Source: Octopus sinensis (Eukaryota). Taken from it: a stretch of 58,013 bases of DNA. The notes below the pieces were generated by a model. It was not told the DNA's origin. It ran no database searches and worked only from the letters and a program-made list of their open reading frames with translations. Made by a program: the position numbers and the translations under genes. Positions 54,451 to 58,013 of this stretch are shown in pieces; within the stretch, counting starts at the first letter, position 1; every line of letters begins with the position of its first letter. The stretch lies in contig NW_021833685.1 of NCBI RefSeq assembly GCF_006345805.1, positions 1 through 58,013 on the forward strand, written 5' to 3'.

Positions 54451-54768
54451 TGTTCTCAATAGAGAATATGTTTCGGCCAGTTAAGCCAGTATAACGATGG
54501 TGTAACTGGTGGAAACTTCTAGGCCGCTGTCAATAACTTTATTGTTTCAAAATGAATTAATTGTACACTACAAATCATAGAGTAACTTATCAGATACATT
54601 ACAATGCTATCTTGCAGAAGACACACGCGCTCGCACACACAGACATATATATGTACATGTACATACATACATTAATTCATATATACATACATACGTACAC
54701 ACAGACACACACACACACAGAGATACACACACACACATATATATATATATAATATATATATAAATAAA

Positions 54769-54812
<44 letters not shown>

Positions 54813-57000
54813 AAACAGTAGAATCTGTAAGATATATTCTCTGCCAAAACCGGTATACTAAGATATAGTTTTGTCGTCTGCCTCACTCATGTAATGAATG
54901 ACAAATATAATGATGGATATAGAATCAAACATATTTATGCTTCATGGCTAAAATTTGAAAATTCTTGATATTTTCGTTTTCCTTTATTTTGGGGGGGCCA
55001 TTTCTTTCCTAATCACAAGTATAGCATTTTTATCTACACCGACATTATCTCATATACCCTCTAATTTTCAGTTGTTTGAATGATGCATGACTTGATTGCT
55101 GTTAGTTTGTCCTAGTCGTTTACACATTTCGAATATGGGAACTTGTATTTGTATAAGATGTCTATAAAAATATCTTATGAAGCCTAGTCGTTTAGACAAG
55201 GGAAGCTTTAAAACTAAACACTCACCAACTTATAGAAACAGTTCAACACGTAATGAAAAATTAATTGACTATAAAGTAACATTAATGTAACTTTATTTAT
55301 TTTCATTACTATACATTTGAATTTGCGACTGCGTGGAAAATGTAAGACGTACTTTTGATCTAGATAGAGCTCTGTTTCTTCTGAGTCACTGTTTATTAAA
55401 GTAGCAAATGCATTAACGTTAAAATTATCCCGGTTTTTCTACGACGATATTAACACTGCAGAATATGTAATTGGAAGTCAGATGCGTCAAAGAACTGCAA
55501 TGGTTTCATTTTCATTTCGACTTTCGAGTAAAGTGCTTCCACCTCACGAAAACCGCTAATATGTGTAAAGATTGAATGCCAAAATATTTTCATTTCTTCA
55601 ACTGATGAAAAAAAAAACATTTCCAAGAATATGATACATTTTTAATATCTTCATACTCACTTTATATTTCATAAAACAGCAGATTATTGCCTCATTGAAA
55701 AAAAAAAGAACCTGAACATTTATTTGCAAATAATGGACATATTCAATCGACATATGTATGAGAGAAACTAAACATATATTACTTTGACATTTTATCTGAA
55801 TATATTACACGATATCCGAAATTATCAATGTGGAAATTGTTCTATGATCATCTATTACCTCGGACTATTTTCCAATAAAATATATATATAATACGTTTGA
55901 ATTCAATCAACTCTATATATCTCATCTATATATTTTACTTCATAAATACAAATATCAAGTATGGGAGCTGGGAATTGTATAAGTTGTCTATAAAAATATC
56001 GTATGAGTCCGATATATCTTTTTGCAAATTATCCATAATTTGCAAACATCAGTTATCATGGATATGATATGATGTGCAAATATGTGTATTATGTAAATGA
56101 ATTACGCAATTTCGGTAGTTTGTAACAAAATTATTTTATATTCGGTACGATTATCTAAATAGCAAACATCCGTTAGTAATATCATCAGAAAACATTTACC
56201 TGTGACAATGACTTCCATCTGGCAGTCAACAAATTTGCTGTCTTCCCGTTGTTCATTAATATTCTTTGCATCTAACAATCTCCAAAATTGATTTTTTTTT
56301 TTATATGTCGCTCATCACTAAATAGTGAAATAAACGTGATGGGAACAAAATGCTAAAACCTACTTTATGGCTTACAGAAGCGATAAAAAATAAAGTTTTC
56401 GTTGCAGGTAATTCGTGTTATATTATATAAGAACAAGGCAAATTATTTCGTATTAATGCCTATATTAGAGACGCCAGATTTTGAAAGCAAGTGTTATTTG
56501 TATTTTCTTGCATGTATGATCTTTGAAGAAGCATGCTAGTTGTAATTTCAGAGAATCATTTCAAACGGAAGAACAAGACTGTTACGGTTATAGTTTGTAA
56601 AACAAATATTGCTTCTTACGGCTGAATGATAAAAACGAGAAAAACACTAAAATACATTTCAACCACGGCTCTACATTTAATGCGATTTTCCACTCCATAT
56701 TCCAGAAATTACAACTAGCGTTATTTATTTTACATAAGAAGCAATAACAATATACATTGTGATTTATTTAGCAGTATACGTGTTACATGTATCATTTGTA
56801 CATGGTGTATGAATAACAAAATAAATTCAATAATTATTAATATTTTAAAAAATATTTTCACTGAAAATAGTTATTACAACAACTATTTCATACATTTCAT
56901 ATTTGTTTCAAACACGTGCATGCGCACACTCAAGCCACGTGACCTTTCTCCTCTGAAAGGTTGGTTAACTAATGGTATTATAAGTCAGTCCGTATAAGAC

Positions 57001-57228
57001 TTCGAGCTGGCAGAATCGTTCGCACGCCGGGCGAAATGCTTAGCACTATTTCGTCTGCTGCTACATTCTGAGTTCAAATTCCACCGAGCTCGACTTTGCG
57101 TTTCATCCTTTCAGGGTCGATAAATAAAGTACCAGTTACGCAGTGGGGTCGATATAATCGACTTAATCCGTTTGTCTGTCCTTGTTTGTCCCCTCTGTGT
57201 TTAGCCCCTTGTGGGTAGTAAAGACATA
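57001..57228 (+). mobile_element. SINE family A copy
   Basis: cgagctggcagaatcgttcgcacgccgggcgaaatgc head and full core; gtattataagtc present on both flanks (TSD-like). Confidence 0.9.
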
Positions 57229-57464
57229 TGTATTATAAGTCCGTAAGTGTATTCATGCTTACTGATATATAAGTGTGTCCATGTACGCCAGATCACTAAT
57301 ATATATTAACGCTGAATTTGTCGGGGTTTTACCCGTCCACGAAACGTTAAGTTGCAAGAAGAGCTAAGTCGACCGGTTACTCAATGTGTGTATGTTTATA
57401 TATGCGTGTATATCTATGTATATGCATATATGTGCATATGTACGTATGTTGAAATGAGGAATGA

Positions 57465-57918
57465 CGTATGAACGCCTTACTTCCCTGGCCGTGGATACAT
57501 TGAAACTCCAACGTGTGGCAGCTGCCTTTGCAGACACCCATAAAATTATTAACCATCTTACAAACAATATCTCTGAGCACCTTTTCAAACTCCATCTGTC
57601 TAACACCCGTGGAAATGTTTACAAATTAAGAAAACAATACAGCTCCCATGACTTTCGGAAACATTTTTTCACGCTAAGAGTTGCTGAAGCATGGAACAAA
57701 CTGCCGGCATCAGTTGTTAGTTGTCGGAGCACTGCATCCTTCAAAACTTCCAGGCTTCCTATATATAACCCTACACCTGATTTTCTCCCCTCCATACACA
57801 TGCAAGCTTGTATCTGACTCATACACTGTTCAATTTCCAGACATTTGTACATTACAGCATATGCTTTATACGTACTTTTGAACAGTTGTGGTGCACCTGA
57901 GCACTGAATACAATAATG

Positions 57919-57976
<58 letters not shown>
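57465..57976 (+). mobile_element. CR1-clade LINE 3' fragment with (ATT)n tail (second family)
   Basis: ORF YERLTSLAVDTLKLQR..THKII..SNTRGNVYKL..RKHFFTLRVAEAWNKLPASVVSCRSTASFK is the canonical CR1 RT C-terminus; ends in (ATT)15. Confidence 0.9.
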
Positions 57977-57977
<1 letters not shown>

Positions 57978-58013
57978 AGAGAAACAGAAATAATTCCGAA
58001 CAGTCACTGGAAT

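Noticed and set aside
57306-57356. ctgaatt..cggggttttacccg..gaaacgtt hammerhead-like string
   Set aside because: CUGANGA box broken and stem I does not pair.

Overview
AT-rich, microsatellite-dense, non-genic eukaryotic DNA (intergenic or deep intronic). The SINE families and simple-repeat content resemble an octopod cephalopod genome (inference). No host protein-coding exon can be supported; almost all ORF-track entries are translations of (TA)n/(CA)n/(TATC)n repeats or SINEs. The window holds one ~3.9 kb 5'-truncated CR1-group LINE (42094-46022) with a CCCH-zinc-finger ORF1, an APE-RT ORF2 broken by a few frameshifts, and an inverted templated insertion. It also holds fragments of RTE and CR1 LINEs and a Tc1/mariner transposase, about 20 tRNA-derived SINE copies from at least four families, two non-autonomous Helitrons, two Merlin-like MITE copies, and several tandem duplications. 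The most notable signal is three sequence-unrelated non-coding elements (1-1097, 3861-4372, 50601-50870) with a shared layout: an inverted 3' arm, a repeated tail segment, adjacent (TA)n, and a minimal type-I hammerhead ribozyme motif (or half of one) with a palindromic stem III. This fits Penelope pseudo-LTR or retrozyme-like units without an ORF. Other leads are a relic -1 frameshift site between the LINE ORFs and a candidate recursive splice site.
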